DNA of 64,000 nucleotides, from NCBI RefSeq assembly GCF_963921235.1, contig NC_086097.1, forward strand, positions 160,024,001 to 160,088,000. Direction: 5' to 3'. The translations under genes and the position numbers were made by a program. The stretch's first letter is position 1, and each line of letters opens with the position of its first letter. Source of the DNA: Mobula hypostoma. Its lineage: Eukaryota. The notes below the pieces were generated by a model. The model searched no databases. It was given only the letters and a program-made list of their open reading frames with translations, and was not told the origin of the DNA. Below are positions 37,100-49,173 of this stretch, piece after piece.

Positions 37100-38014
37100 C
37101 AATTTTTGACATTTCCAGAGGGATCTTACCACCAAATACATATATCTTCACCTCCTCTCACACCTCTCTGCTTTCTGCAAGGTTCATATCCTGTATGATC
37201 TTGTCCATTCATCCTTTTCCACTAATTTCCCTCCCAGCATTTATCCCTGCAAGCAGCCAAAGTTCTACACATGCTCATTCACCTCCTTCCTTACCTCCAT
37301 TCAGAGCCCCAAACAGTCCTTCCAAATGAGGCAACCCCTCACCCAGGAATCTGTTGGGGACATCTATTGTGTCCAGTGCTCCCAATGTGGCCTCCTCTAT
37401 ATCGGTAAGACCCATCTCAAATTAAGAGACCACTTCATTGAGCTGCTCCGCTCTATCCACCAAAAACTGAACTTCCTGGGAGTCAAACATTTTTATTCTG
37501 ATTCTCATTCCCATTCAGACATGTTGGTTTATGGCCTCCTCTTGTGCCAGGAAGAGGACACCCTCAGGGTGGAAGGAACAACATCTTATATAGCCTCTAA
37601 CCTGGTGGCATGAATATTGATTTCTCTTTCTGCTAAAAAAAAATCCTTTCCCCTACCCTCTTCTTCTATTCCCCACTCTGGCCTCTTACCTCTTCTCTCC
37701 TGCCTATCACATCCCACTGAGTCCCCTCCTCTTCCCTTTCCCTTATGGTCCGCCTTCTCTCCTGTCAGATTCCCTTCTCTCCAACCCTTTTCTTTCATAC
37801 CCACCTGGCTTCACCCATCACCTTCCAGCTATCCTCCATCCCCTCCCCACATCTTTTTATTCTGGTGTCTTCCCTCTTCCTTTCCTGAAGAAGGGTCTCG
37901 GCCTAAACGTTGACTGCTTATTCATTTCCATAGATGCTGCCCGGCTTGCTGAGTTCCTCCAGCGTTTTGTGTGCATTGCTTTGAATTTCCAGCATCTGCA
38001 GAATTTCTTGTGGT
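37100..38014 (+). mobile_element. Penelope-like element 3' part: GIY-YIG domain, pyrimidine-rich region, pLTR with hammerhead
   Basis: ORF 37326..37613 (DIYCVQCSQCGLLYIGKT..LRDHFIE); CTGAAGA-AGGGTCTCGGCCT-AAACGTT-GACTG at 37885-37916. Confidence 0.9.
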
Positions 38015-38214
38015 TATAAAGGCTTCACCTAATTCTGTTAGGTTTTCCATATCCTTAATTATGTTCAAAACTTCAGAGGGCTATGAGGTTAATTATTCCT
38101 TATTACCCCTCTTCAGCTGCACAGAGCCTAACAGAATTCATACAATGTCTCCTTCCCTCTTCTTCTGTTTCCTCTGCTCCTCCTCAGCCACAGTTATCAC
38201 AGTTATTGAAGCTG

Positions 38215-38460
38215 GTCTGCTTAATTGTGAGGGCAAATATTGGCCAAAATGCCAGCTGTAGTCCCTTTGTTTCTTTTTGAAGTAAAACATTGATTGTTTT
38301 ACATGTCCATGGGAGTGCTGACAAGATTCATGTTTATTGCCTCATAAAAGCATGATTTCTCTGACAAAGCAACACACCCTTGGTTTTGCATTGACATATC
38401 CTTCTCGATCGTTGTGCTTAAGTCTCTGGAGAAGGACTTGGACTCAGAAACTTCTGGCTT
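38215..38460 (-). mobile_element. Deu-domain-like SINE remnant
   Basis: Reverse strand: GAGTCCAAGTCCTTCTCCAGAGACTTAAGCACAA...TGGCCAATATTTGCCCTCA, similar to 54045-54562. Confidence 0.55.
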
Positions 38461-39493
38461 CTACCAAGTCAGAGAATTGATAACCTGAACAGTGTGACAC
38501 CATACAACCAATTTCTATTAATTCCATCTTCCCTGTGCAGATGTACTTACTTTGCCAAGATAACACGTTGGTAATAGCTGGATGTACAAATCGGATTACG
38601 CAGTAGCTCTAATTTTACTTTCCACACTGAGGACACAGCTTTCATGATAACTCTTTGGGAAGATAAGAAACACCTCCAATCCAGTGCCTAGATTAAGAGA
38701 GTCGGGAAAAATATATCTCCAGGTGATCTAAATCTAATTTCTGGGCTTCCCAAGTCTAATGAAAGCAAATTTTATTCCAAAATATTTTTTAAGTCCCTTC
38801 AGTAGAATGATCCAAAGCTCTACAACCGTATTTTGTGTTTTGGAAATTGCAGGATCAAATCTGTAGAGCCATGATGAAGTAATAAGGGAAAAAGTCCATT
38901 CATTTAGTACAGCCTCAAAATATTTCACAGTATTATTTATTTAACCGTAAAGTATATAAACAATTGTTTGGCCATCAAATGCAGTCAGTTATTTTGCCAA
39001 TAGCAAACACCCATAAATAACATTCAATATTTATATAGGCCTGGGTTCTAGGAGGTTAATTTCTCATTTTTTAATAGTGTCATTTTTTAATTGTATGGAA
39101 GAGGGCATTAGGTTTAAACTGGAGCTGTTCTACTCCTGGGTGATGGCAGAAAGTAACATGTTTCCCTCAAAGCTAGGAGCAATCAGGAACTTTCTTACTC
39201 AGAAGCTGTAGAGGATATATGGAGGTGACTGGTAAGGACAACATTTATTGTGTGCCCTAATTGTCTTTGAGAAAATGATGGGGAGCTGCTTCTTAAACTG
39301 TCACAGTCTTTCTGGTGAAGGCAATCCCACAAAGTGAGTGCACAGGGAGTTCCTTGAATCATACCAAGCAACAAAGAAGTACCAAGAATGTACCTTCTGG
39401 TCAGCATGATATGTGATATAGAAGGGAAATTTCAAGCGGTAATATTCCCCTTCTCTTTTTTTAGTAATAGAGATCAAGAGTTTAGCATAATTT

Positions 39494-40295
39494 AATTCAA
39501 TTCAAAGGGGGAGGGGAAGGGGGGAGGGGAGGGGGAAGAGGGGGAGTTGGAGTTGTCATTCAACCATACATGAATATACATGGGTAGAGCCAAACAAGAC
39601 AGCATTACTCCTAGGCCAAATTGCAAGTCACCAAAAGACACACAGCACAAAAAAAAACACATAGCACATACATACATACATGATAGCAGGCAGATAAAGA
39701 TAGCCATAAGGTACACCCACACAAAAATAAAATAGTCCAGACCTGAACCATGAATGTCACAGAAATCTGCAGTCAACCACAATACAGCTTGTCCTCCACC
39801 GAGCGAACACTTGGGGGACAACATCAACTCAAGCCTGGACATCATACCACACTGCCCCTGATGGAGCACACCAGGTCTGATGCCTCGCTCCTGGCAGTGG
39901 TAAACAGGCAACACCGTGACTTGAGTCCTATTCCTTGCTATGACCGAGGTCACACAGCTCCCCTGCTCTCTACCAATAAATCAGTGCATCGAACTTGAGG
40001 CATTCTACATTTGCAATATGAAAAAGGGTCTTGAAATTACAAGAAAAATGACAAAACAATTACTCGCTATTAGACTGTAAACCACCTTCGATGCAGGCAG
40101 CAGCACAATGCCGAGTTCCTTCATTTTCTCCGCCAACAAACAATTTGCTGATGGCATTGACCAGCAGTACTTTAAGTTCTTAATGTCTAGCAGGATTTTG
40201 CAATCATAAAAAGTATGTTTAAAAAGGAAGATAGTACCTTTTGTGGACCCCATAGAAGCTTCTGCGATCAAACATGCCACCATCTTACTGGAACC
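39494..40295 (-). mobile_element. Non-autonomous retroposon with GTAAGATGGTG head and microsatellite tail
   Basis: Minus strand starts GGTTCCAGTAAGATGGTGGC (40295); LINE-like 3'UTR at 39555-39720; tail of AACTCC/CCCCT/TTGAA units. Confidence 0.55.
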
Positions 40296-41238
40296 TGTAG
40301 GTGTCAGAGTAGAGCGGGTGAATAAAAGCAGTGCATTTTGTAGGTGTTACTCACTGCATCTTAGATGTGCCATTAGCAGAAGGAATAATTGCTTCAGGTT
40401 TTGGATGGGTTATCATCCAAATGGAATAATGTCAAGCATCTTTAATGTTGGGGCAGATAGAGTGAAGAGTATACAGAACTTTCTCTGTAACTGTAACACT
40501 TTCCTCATCTAGTACTTCATCAAATTCAGTGTCATCAGCAAACTTATTAACCAGCACATTTACATCATGAAAAAAAGATCTCAGCACTGACTGTTGCAGA
40601 ACACCACTTGGTTACAGAACTCCAGATAGAGAAATACCCCTCCACCCCTACTCCCTGACTTCTGTATTCAAGCCAATCTACCAGGTCAGCCATTGCCTTA
40701 ACCTTCTGGATCATCCGACCAAGAGGCACTTTACCAAATCTGATGGAAGAGAGGTCATTAGTGGTGCGGCTGAAGGTGGCTGGGCCTAGAGAATTGCTAG
40801 ATAAATGCCTAAAGAATTGCCCAAGGACTGGGAGATCATATTTCAACAAGCATAACAATTGTTCTTTCTGTGAGGTTTGATTCCTGTCATTGAATGACCT
40901 TCCTTCGAAAGCCATTGACTTCAATTTTATCATGGCTCTTTGATCAAACACTCTGGCTTAATGTCAGGGGTGGTCAACCCAACTTCACTTCTGGAATTCA
41001 GCCTCAGGGTCCATATTTGGACTGAGGAGATCTGAAGCCAAATAGTGCAGACTGGAGGAGAAAATTATTGGAGAGTAAGAGCCGCTCGTCACATTCCAGC
41101 ACCTTGATAGGTGGAAGCTAATAGGATTTGATTTGTCCCGTTTTCATGGAAAGAAAATCCCTGGGCAATTGTTCACATTATCAGGTCGATGCCCTTTTGT
41201 AACTGTATTAGATACACTGGGCAAGCTCTGGATATTCA

Positions 41239-41325
41239 AGCAACACACATCAAAGTTGCTGGTGAACGCAGCAGGCCAGGCAGCATCTATAGGAAGAGGT
41301 ACAGTCGACGTTTTGGGCCGAGACC
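41239..41325 (-). mobile_element. Free-standing pLTR copy truncated inside the hammerhead
   Basis: Reverse complement begins GGTCTCGGCCC-AAAAC-GTC-GACTG. Confidence 0.8.
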
Positions 41326-41659
41326 TCTCTCTCCTTTTTGTCCCTCTCACTATACCCCTTGCCCATCCTCGTATTTGTGTTTTTAAGCTCTGGATGTTAG
41401 CTGGGTTGTTGTCCAATGGAATGGAATAAATCACGTTGGCTGAAGGCTGGCTCCTCTGACAGGAATTCCTTGAGAGGAATCGCAGGTCGATCATCTCTCT
41501 GCATATCTAATTGTGTGTGTTACAACCTCCTCTTTTGGACCCACATGTTGGCTACCTCGTTATGTATCATGGTTTGACAGCTTTAATTATCTGCAAATGT
41601 GATTCTTTCTCCAGTAATACAGAAACTCCTTTCAATCCATGTCCTCAGATCAGACATTT

Positions 41660-42997
41660 GACATTGATTACAGTCCAGTGGCCCTGACCTCACACACCAC
41701 GAAGACCCAAGAGAGGCTGGTCCTGACCGCTTCCAACCCCTGGTCAGATCAGCCCTCCATTCCCTGCAGTTTGTCTACCAGGTGCACACTGGAGTCAGCG
41801 ATGCTGTCATCGACCTGTTGAACAGAGCCTACTCCTAACTGGATAAGCGGGGCAGCACTGTGAGGATCATGTTTTTTGATTTCTCTAGTGCCTTCAATAC
41901 CATACAGCCCTCATTACTGGGGGAGGAGCTCCATTCAATGCATTTGGCACTTCTGTTGTATCTTGGACAGTAGACTACCTGACTGGCAGACCACAGTATG
42001 TGCAGCTCAGAGCTATGTGTCAGACATGGCTATAAGCAGCACTGGGGCCCCAAGGGGAAGTTTACCTGCTCCCTTCCTGTTTACCCTATATAACAAATTT
42101 CACTGTTAACAAATTTCATGACACTTGCTGGTGACAAACCAGATTCTGATTCTGATCTCAGACTACAGATATTCTCTGATGACTCAGCAATAGTTGGGTG
42201 TATAAAGGGAGGACGGGAGGATGAATACAGGGCCCTGGTAGACTTTGTCAGATGGTGCAAGCTGAATCATCTGCAGCTCAACATCAGTAAGACAAAAGGG
42301 ATGATGATGGGCTTCAGGAAGACTAAGCCTGCATTGCTCCCTGCTACTATTGATGATGAGGACGTGTATGCGGTGAGGATCTACAAATACATGGGGGTGC
42401 ACCTGAATGACAGACTCGAGTGGAGCACCAATACAAGAAGGGCCAGAGTTGCCTCTGCTTCTTGAGGAGAGTGAGGTCCTTTGGAGTATGCAAGCCTTTC
42501 TTTCACATGTTCTACCCAGTCTGTTTTCGCCAGTACAATCTTCTATGCAGTGGTATGCTGGGGCAATGGCATCGACACGAGTAATGCCAACAGGCTCAAT
42601 AAACTGGTTAGAAAGGCTGGCTCTGTTATAGGAGTCAAACTGGACACACTGGAGGCTGTAGTAGAATAAAGGACTTTACAGAAAATCCTGGCAATACTGG
42701 ACAAGAATTCTCACCTTCTGCATGCCACCATGACTGAACAGAGGAGCACTTTCAGTAATAGACTAAGACAACTATGCTATTCCAAAGAGTGCTATATGAG
42801 GTCATTCTTACCCTCGGCCACTAGGCTCTATAATGAGTCAACCTAGAGAAAGGGAAGTGATAGACTCCCCCCTGTTAGACTATTTGAGGAAACTTATTTT
42901 TTTTATTAATTTTACTTCTCTTTTAATATTTATATCTGTGTACTTGTAATACTACTGTGACACTGTAATTTCCTTTGGGATCAATAAAATATCTATC
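41660..42997 (+). mobile_element. Rex1/Babar-type LINE RT to 3' end
   Basis: DYSPVALTSH..KT.ERLVL; STGAPRGS..APFLFTLY; LQIFSDDSAIVGCI; WCKLNHLQLNISKTK; CAATAAAATATCTATC end; a short foreign tail is inserted at about 42090-42155. Confidence 0.9.
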
Positions 42998-43889
42998 GTC
43001 TTACATTTTTCTTTAATGAAGGAAGTAAAGGAAGTGAGAAAATTTAAAAGCTTAAACATAGCTTTAGGAAGCTGAGTGAGCATGGGTAGAACGTTCAAAA
43101 ATTAAGATAGGTTAAATCATTGTGCAAGTACGATAAAAAAGGAAGAAAAGCTCTTGAGAGGAGAGTTGTCAATCTGTAGATAACAATCAGGAAATGGTAC
43201 TTCTTTTGAATTGGTACTGTCTCAGTATTGGAGGATAACATAGCAAAGGTCTTGAAGTAATTCATAGTGATGTGAATAATATTACCATGGATTAAAGAGA
43301 TATTTTTTATGTCTTAATTATGCCAATGGATGGCAAATAGCCAGGGATTGGGAGGTTACCCAATAGTTACATTACTAGACTAATGGAGAAAGGCCTGCTA
43401 TTTAAACTATAATTTAAATGTTACCACTGCAGCTGCACAATATATCTTCAAGTAATTGAATAAAACTCAAGTCTTTCATGCAATGAAATCTGCATCTGCT
43501 CCTAGATTGGCCAGAATGGACCAGACTGGATTCACCAATCTAAGCATCAGCAATGGCAATGGCTGTCTCAGAAAGCCAATCAATTTAGGGGGCAAGTAGA
43601 AATGAACAATAAATGCTACCATTATCAGTAATTCTCACATTCTGTGACTAAATATGCATGAGGAGAATTAGCAGATGCCCAAAAAGTTATCTAAACAATT
43701 TACACCTAACTACAATCTGGGCAAGGGAATTTGCAATAAACTATAGGAATCCCAAGAGGTATGGAGGAGTTTTGGATATCAGAACACGTCCACAGATCTC
43801 TGAAGGACAGACACTGGTAAGGAAGGGATTCTTACCTATACTGATCTTTACATGGACATTTTGCTGGAACCATATATCGCTACTAATGC

Positions 43890-43978
43890 AAGCTGCTGGA
43901 GAAGTACAACAGGCCAGGCAGCGTCTATGGATCAAAATAAACAGTTGATGTTTTGAGCCTAAACTCTTCATCAGGAAA
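43890..43978 (-). mobile_element. Free-standing pLTR copy with hammerhead motif
   Basis: Reverse complement: C-CTGATGA-A-GAGTTTAGGCTC-AAAAC-ATC-AACTG. Confidence 0.75.
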
Positions 43979-45209
43979 GCTGATATAAAATGGTGGTATA
44001 TAAAACAGTGATATATAAAGAGATTAATATTAAACAGTGATTCCCTATGAGGGGTGCATAGGAACACTAAAGATTACAAGGGTTTATTTGATTTTAATAA
44101 TATTAAATCAATTTAGTTAGAAAGGTCATAAATAGTGAAAATAAATAAAATTGTTCCCAACCTGATGCACAAGCCTCCTGATTTTATGATGATTAAAGAG
44201 ATCAGAGTTGCAAGCTTCACATAGATTTGTACAGCATTCCAGCAAAGAGGCCCTTCAGCCCATAATGTCTATGCTATCAAGCATCCACTTGCCTGATCCA
44301 TATTCGATTCTCCTCACATTCCTATCAATTTACCCCAGTTTCTGTCTTTCATTTACAAAGAGCAGACAATTTATTGAGGCTAATCAGTCTACCAACTGAA
44401 GTACCTCAGCCGACACAGAAAAGGACTGAACATTCAGCACTTATCCTTGATAAGCAATATATCCAGTTGCAGTTCTCCTTTGTATGTCAGGTTGCATTTA
44501 TTCAGTTCCTCTGTCAGTGTGTTTTCTGCATTTTCTTTTGATCTCTAAATACAATCAATGAAATCCCTTGCAATAAACCTTCAGCTTGACAAGCATAATG
44601 TTAGCACAAAGAGTCAAGTCATATTTATCACAAAGATATACTGCAATCCTGTGATTTTCTAGTTTTGATCCATTTATCTTCCAGTAAAATCTAAAGCAAA
44701 CACAGAGCCTATGATTAGGGCCATGATTTGTTACTAGTATAAAACTTGGACAAGTGTCAGTAATGCCAACTTGAGGATTGTACCTGAATGTGAAAATAAG
44801 GACCATATCTGATGATGCAAGACACTTATAGTATGCTCAAATTCAGGTTTCTTAGTATATAGAAAGAGAACAAATAGTTAACATATTGACCCAGCTATGG
44901 CTACTTCCACAAATTCAATTTTGCTGTGGATACCTCCTAGGCTACAGTGGTCTCAGTTTATTCTAAAAATGATCCAAGGGATCCAAGACAGCAGCTAATT
45001 CATGAAAACTCACTAATTTCAGAATCGGGTTTGAGGTTAAACAATGGAGTCTCTTGCGATTGGGACGTCTTTCTATATTTTTCTTTTCGCGTTTTCACTG
45101 TGCACAGAAAGATTCTACATAAGATCTAGGGAGTTTTAAATTGTTAAGCAATTTCTCTCATCATCTTACAAAGTCATACAGAACAAACGTGATAAGATTC
45201 CAGAGGTAA

Positions 45210-45385
45210 AAGAGACTCTGCAGATACTGGAAATCTTGAGCACCATACACACAAAATGCCAGAGAAATTCAGCAAGTTGGGTAGCATCTATGGAGAGAAA
45301 TAAACAGTTGATATTTTTGGCCCAGACCCTTCATTAGAAATCCTGATGAAGGGCTTGGCTTGAAACAACAGCTGTTTTCTGTGTG
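45210..45385. mobile_element. Inverted pair of pLTR/hammerhead units
   Basis: Minus-strand unit 45210-45337 abuts the plus-strand CTGATGA-A-GGGCTTGGCTT-GAAAC at 45343-45366. Confidence 0.8.
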
Positions 45386-45422
45386 TTGATACGTTTCCAT
45401 TAGTTCAATCAGCTTCTACATA

Positions 45423-45895
45423 CAGTGCTGTGCAAAAGTTTGGGGCACATATATAGCTAGGGTGTCTAAGACTTGGGTTGTAATTATATATATATAGCAC
45501 TGTACTGCTGCAAATGAAACCTAATTTCATGACATATGTGAGTGATGATAAACCAGATTCTGATATGGATCTCTATTGTGAACTGAGAGTGGGAAGGAGG
45601 CATAGAGAGGGGAATCATGGTTGGGAAAAGGGAGAAGGGAGAGTGCAGGAAGCTTCAGAGGGACATTCTGTAATGATCAATAAACCATTTGTCTGGAATC
45701 AAATTACCTTACCTGGTGTCTCAGGTCTGAGTGTGTCTGTATTCGTGCCTTCCCCCACTCCCGGCACTCCTTCCTTGCCATCCATCCCACACACCCTCAC
45801 CATTTCCAACATCCTTTGTTCCTGACAGATTTACAAACTCGCTTTCTGCTAAATGTTGACAAATACAGTACTGTGCAAAAGTCTTGGCCACGCAC
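45423..45895 (+). mobile_element. Composite non-autonomous DNA element: Tc1-like mini-MITE ends flanking about 380-400 bp of cargo
   Basis: TA-CAGTGCTGTGCAAAAGTTTGGGGCAC at 45421 and TA-CAGTACTGTGCAAAAGTCTT at 45864; cargo is homologous to 63297-63710 (reverse). Confidence 0.7.
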
Positions 45896-45899
45896 CCTT

Positions 45900-47040
45900 T
45901 AATTCCTTTGAAGATTTAGCTTGACGTCCAATACTTAGACAAACGTCTATAGATGTGCAGTGTAGAGTATATTTACTGGTTACATCACAGCCTGGTATGG
46001 AAACACCAATGCCCTTGAATGGAAAATCCCACAAAAATTAGCAGATACGGTCCAGTCTATCATGGGTAAAGCCCTTCCATCCATTGAGCGTATCTACACA
46101 GAGTGCTGTCACGGGAGAGTAGCATCCATCATCAGGGATCCCCACCCAAATTGTGCTCTCTTCTCGCTGCTGCCATCAGGAAGAAGGTACAGGAGCCTCA
46201 GGGCCCATGCCACAGTTATTACCTTTCAAACACCAGTCTCTTGAACTTCATTCAACTTCACTTTCTCCATCACTGAACTGTTCCCATAAATTATGGACTC
46301 ACTTTCAAAGGCTCTATATCTCGTGTTCTCACTATTTATTGCTTATTTATTTATTTATTATTATTATTATTGCTTCCCTTTTGTTTTTGCACGTCAGTTG
46401 TTTTGTCTGCCCTGTTAGGTGTAGTCTTTTATTGATCCTTCTAATGGTTTGTGGATTTACTGAGAATGTCCACAATTAACAAATCTCAGGGTTGTATATA
46501 GTGACATATATGTACTTTGATAACAAATTTACTTTGAACTTTACTTTCAACTTTGAACTTTGAAGTGCAGAGAGATGAGGACACAGTTCATTGTATCACT
46601 AGCAACAGCCTCCCCTCAATAGACTCTGTCTATACTTTTCACTGCCTTGTAAAAACAGTCTACACAATTAAAGACCTTTGCAACCTCAGGCATTCTCACT
46701 TGTCCACACTTCCATCAGGCATAAGATACAAATTCTTGAAAACGTGCAGTACCCGATTCAAGAGCAGCTCCTGTCTCTCTGTTATAAGACTATTGAACTG
46801 ACCTCTCATATGAGAGAGAGGAATATTTGATTTTCCGATCTACCTCGTCATGTTTCTCGCATTTTATTATCTACTTGCACTGCACTCTCTCTGTAACTGT
46901 AACGGTAACACTTTTCTGTATTCTGTTATTGCTTTTTCCTGTCCTTCCATAATGCACTTATGTTGCAAAATGATATGTATTTATGGAATTCAAAGTGAAG
47001 TTTTTCACTTCATTTCAGTTCATGTGTTTAATTACTAAGT
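45900..47040 (+). mobile_element. Two adjacent Rex1/Babar-type 3' fragments (45900-46564 and 46565-47040)
   Basis: ALFSLLPSGRRYRSLR (ORF 46062..46244) with an (ACTTTGA)n tail; LPSGIRYKFLKT..TRFKSS..VIRLLN (ORF 46553..46801). Confidence 0.85.
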
Positions 47041-48007
47041 TAATTACTGATGACCTTTATTGCAACCTGTGTCCTGGGCATATCCTTCTCTTGCTTTGGG
47101 TCTCATTTTATTTTAAACTTCTTGCCACACTTTAATGCTTGACAAACTTTTTACAATCTGTTGTTTAAAAATACAAACATGGGCACACAGAAGTTTAGCA
47201 GTGAAAGCTATTTTAGTTATTTTCCTTATTCAAAACAATCTCATTTTAGCAATACTCACATTCTGAGACTCCATGAACATGACAAAATGATAAGGAATGA
47301 TCTGGATATGATAAGAAAACTAGCAGCCAGATTGAAGTCATGAAGTGGGTAGAATCTTTACAGCTTTGCTTCAAAAGTAATTACGTTTGGTGCTTGCCTC
47401 ATTGTTGACAACACTAAACACAGTTTCCTTGTTGAAATCTCTGCAAACTGAATGGCATATTTGTACGTATCCATTGACACTTTGACTCAATAAGAAAATG
47501 AATATTGTAAACAAAGGAGACCTCCAAACACACTTGTCTTATTAATTATGAATTCAAGGGAGCAAGATGAGAAGCTTACATTGCCAAACTATTCATTTCA
47601 AGGATTCTGATTATTATTCGGTATAGTGAACTGAGTAAAAATAGTTGACAGATATTATAAAAATTGGGAAAGGTGTGAGGAGAAAGGGGAAAGAAAAAAA
47701 AAATCAGGCCGTACGACTCTTCTGTCTAGAAACTGGTTCCTACAGGGCTATTTTTTCAGTGTTACGTGATGCAAAATCAGTTTTATGTTGATTTTGTGTT
47801 GATTCCCGGACTTCTGGTCACATGCAAAAGGAGAAAATGGTGCAAGATAGGCAGCAGTTGTGTAAGTAAGACTGATGGAGACACACTAGAATGTAGGTAC
47901 TGCAATCTGGAGCAACAAACAAAATCCCAGAAGATCACAAACCATCTGGTAGAATCTGTCGAAGGAAATGGGTAGTCAGTGCTTCAGGACAAGAGTAGTC
48001 ATCTGAT

Positions 48008-48990
48008 TTCAAAGTTCAAAGCAAAGTTTTTATCAAAGAGCATATATGTCACCATATACAACCCTGAGATTCATTTTCCTGTGGGAATAATCAGCAAATA
48101 TATAGAATAGTGACTATAACAGGATCAAAGAAAGATCAACCAAACTATGCAAATGCAAATATAAATAAAAAGCAATAAATAACGAGAACATGAGATAATG
48201 AGATAAAGAGTCTTTAAAGTGAGATCATTGGTTGTGGGAACATTTCACTGATGGGACAAGTGACTGAAGTTATCATTTAATTCAAGAGCCTGACATTTGC
48301 GAGGTAGTAACTATTCCTGAAGTTGGTGATACGAGTCCTGGGGCTCTTGTACTTTCTACCTGATGGCAGCAGTGAGAAGAGTGCGTGACCTGGGTGGTGG
48401 GGATCTCTGATGATGGATTCTGCTTTCCTATGACAACATATTATGTCGATGTACTCAATAGTTGGGAGTGCTTTACCTGTGATACTGGGTTGAATCCACT
48501 ACATTTTGTAGGATTTTCTGTTCAAAAGCTTTGGTGTTTCAATACTTGGTCATGATACAGCCAGTCAATACACTCTTCAATATGCACCCTTAGAAGTTTG
48601 TCAAAGTTTTAGATGTCATGATGAAACTCCACAGACTCTTCAGGAAGTAGAGGCACTACCCTGCTTTCTTTGCAATTGCACTTATATGCGGAGCCCAGGA
48701 CATGTCCTCTGAAATAGTAACACCCAGTGATTTTGAAGTTGCTAAACCTCTCCATCTCTGATCCTCTGATGTGGACTGGTTTCCCTCTCCTGATGTCTGC
48801 AATCAGTCCCTTGGCCATGCTGACACTGAGTGAGAGGTTATTGTTATGACACCACTCAGACAAATTTCCAATCTCCCTCCTGATTGCTGATTCATCATCA
48901 CCTTTGTTTCAGCCCACAACTTTGGAGTCATCAACAAACTTGAATATAGCATAGAATTAGCCACACAGTCATGGGTGTAAAGCAATTTGA
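48008..48990 (-). mobile_element. Rex1/Babar-type LINE 3' portion
   Basis: EWCHNNNLSLSVS (ORF 48609..48863), LYTHDCVA; (ACTTTGA)n tail. Confidence 0.85.
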
Positions 48991-49173
48991 GGTAAGCATG
49001 ATGTTTTCCCAGTACTAATAACATCCATCATCATGCAGACATATATTGTAGTTCTGGCCAATGTAATATGGATTTCAAAGTTTCCGACAATGAGATACTC
49101 AGGATGTTTCAGAGCAGAGCATAAGGCGTTCAAAGTAGATATAGCTTACTGTACCAACAATTTAATGGAATTA

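Larger units (their letters stand above)
39225..41500 (-). mobile_element. Fragmented old CR1-group LINE(s) with later insertions
   Basis: 39225-39480 is homologous to 14470-14610 and resumes near 40300; a CR1 RT piece at 40500-40760 reads FGKVP.GR.IQKV..WL..RSQ.V.VEG.FS.W.SVT. Confidence 0.55.

Noticed and set aside
47760..47862. Possible exon (TTTTTTCAG ... GTAAGT)
   Set aside because: Splice-like signals are present, but the open frame resembles no protein I recognise and no partner exons were found; needs RNA-seq.
47872..48006. Additional pLTR/hammerhead copies (also about 18950-19020)
   Set aside because: Probably related, but too decayed to count as supported.
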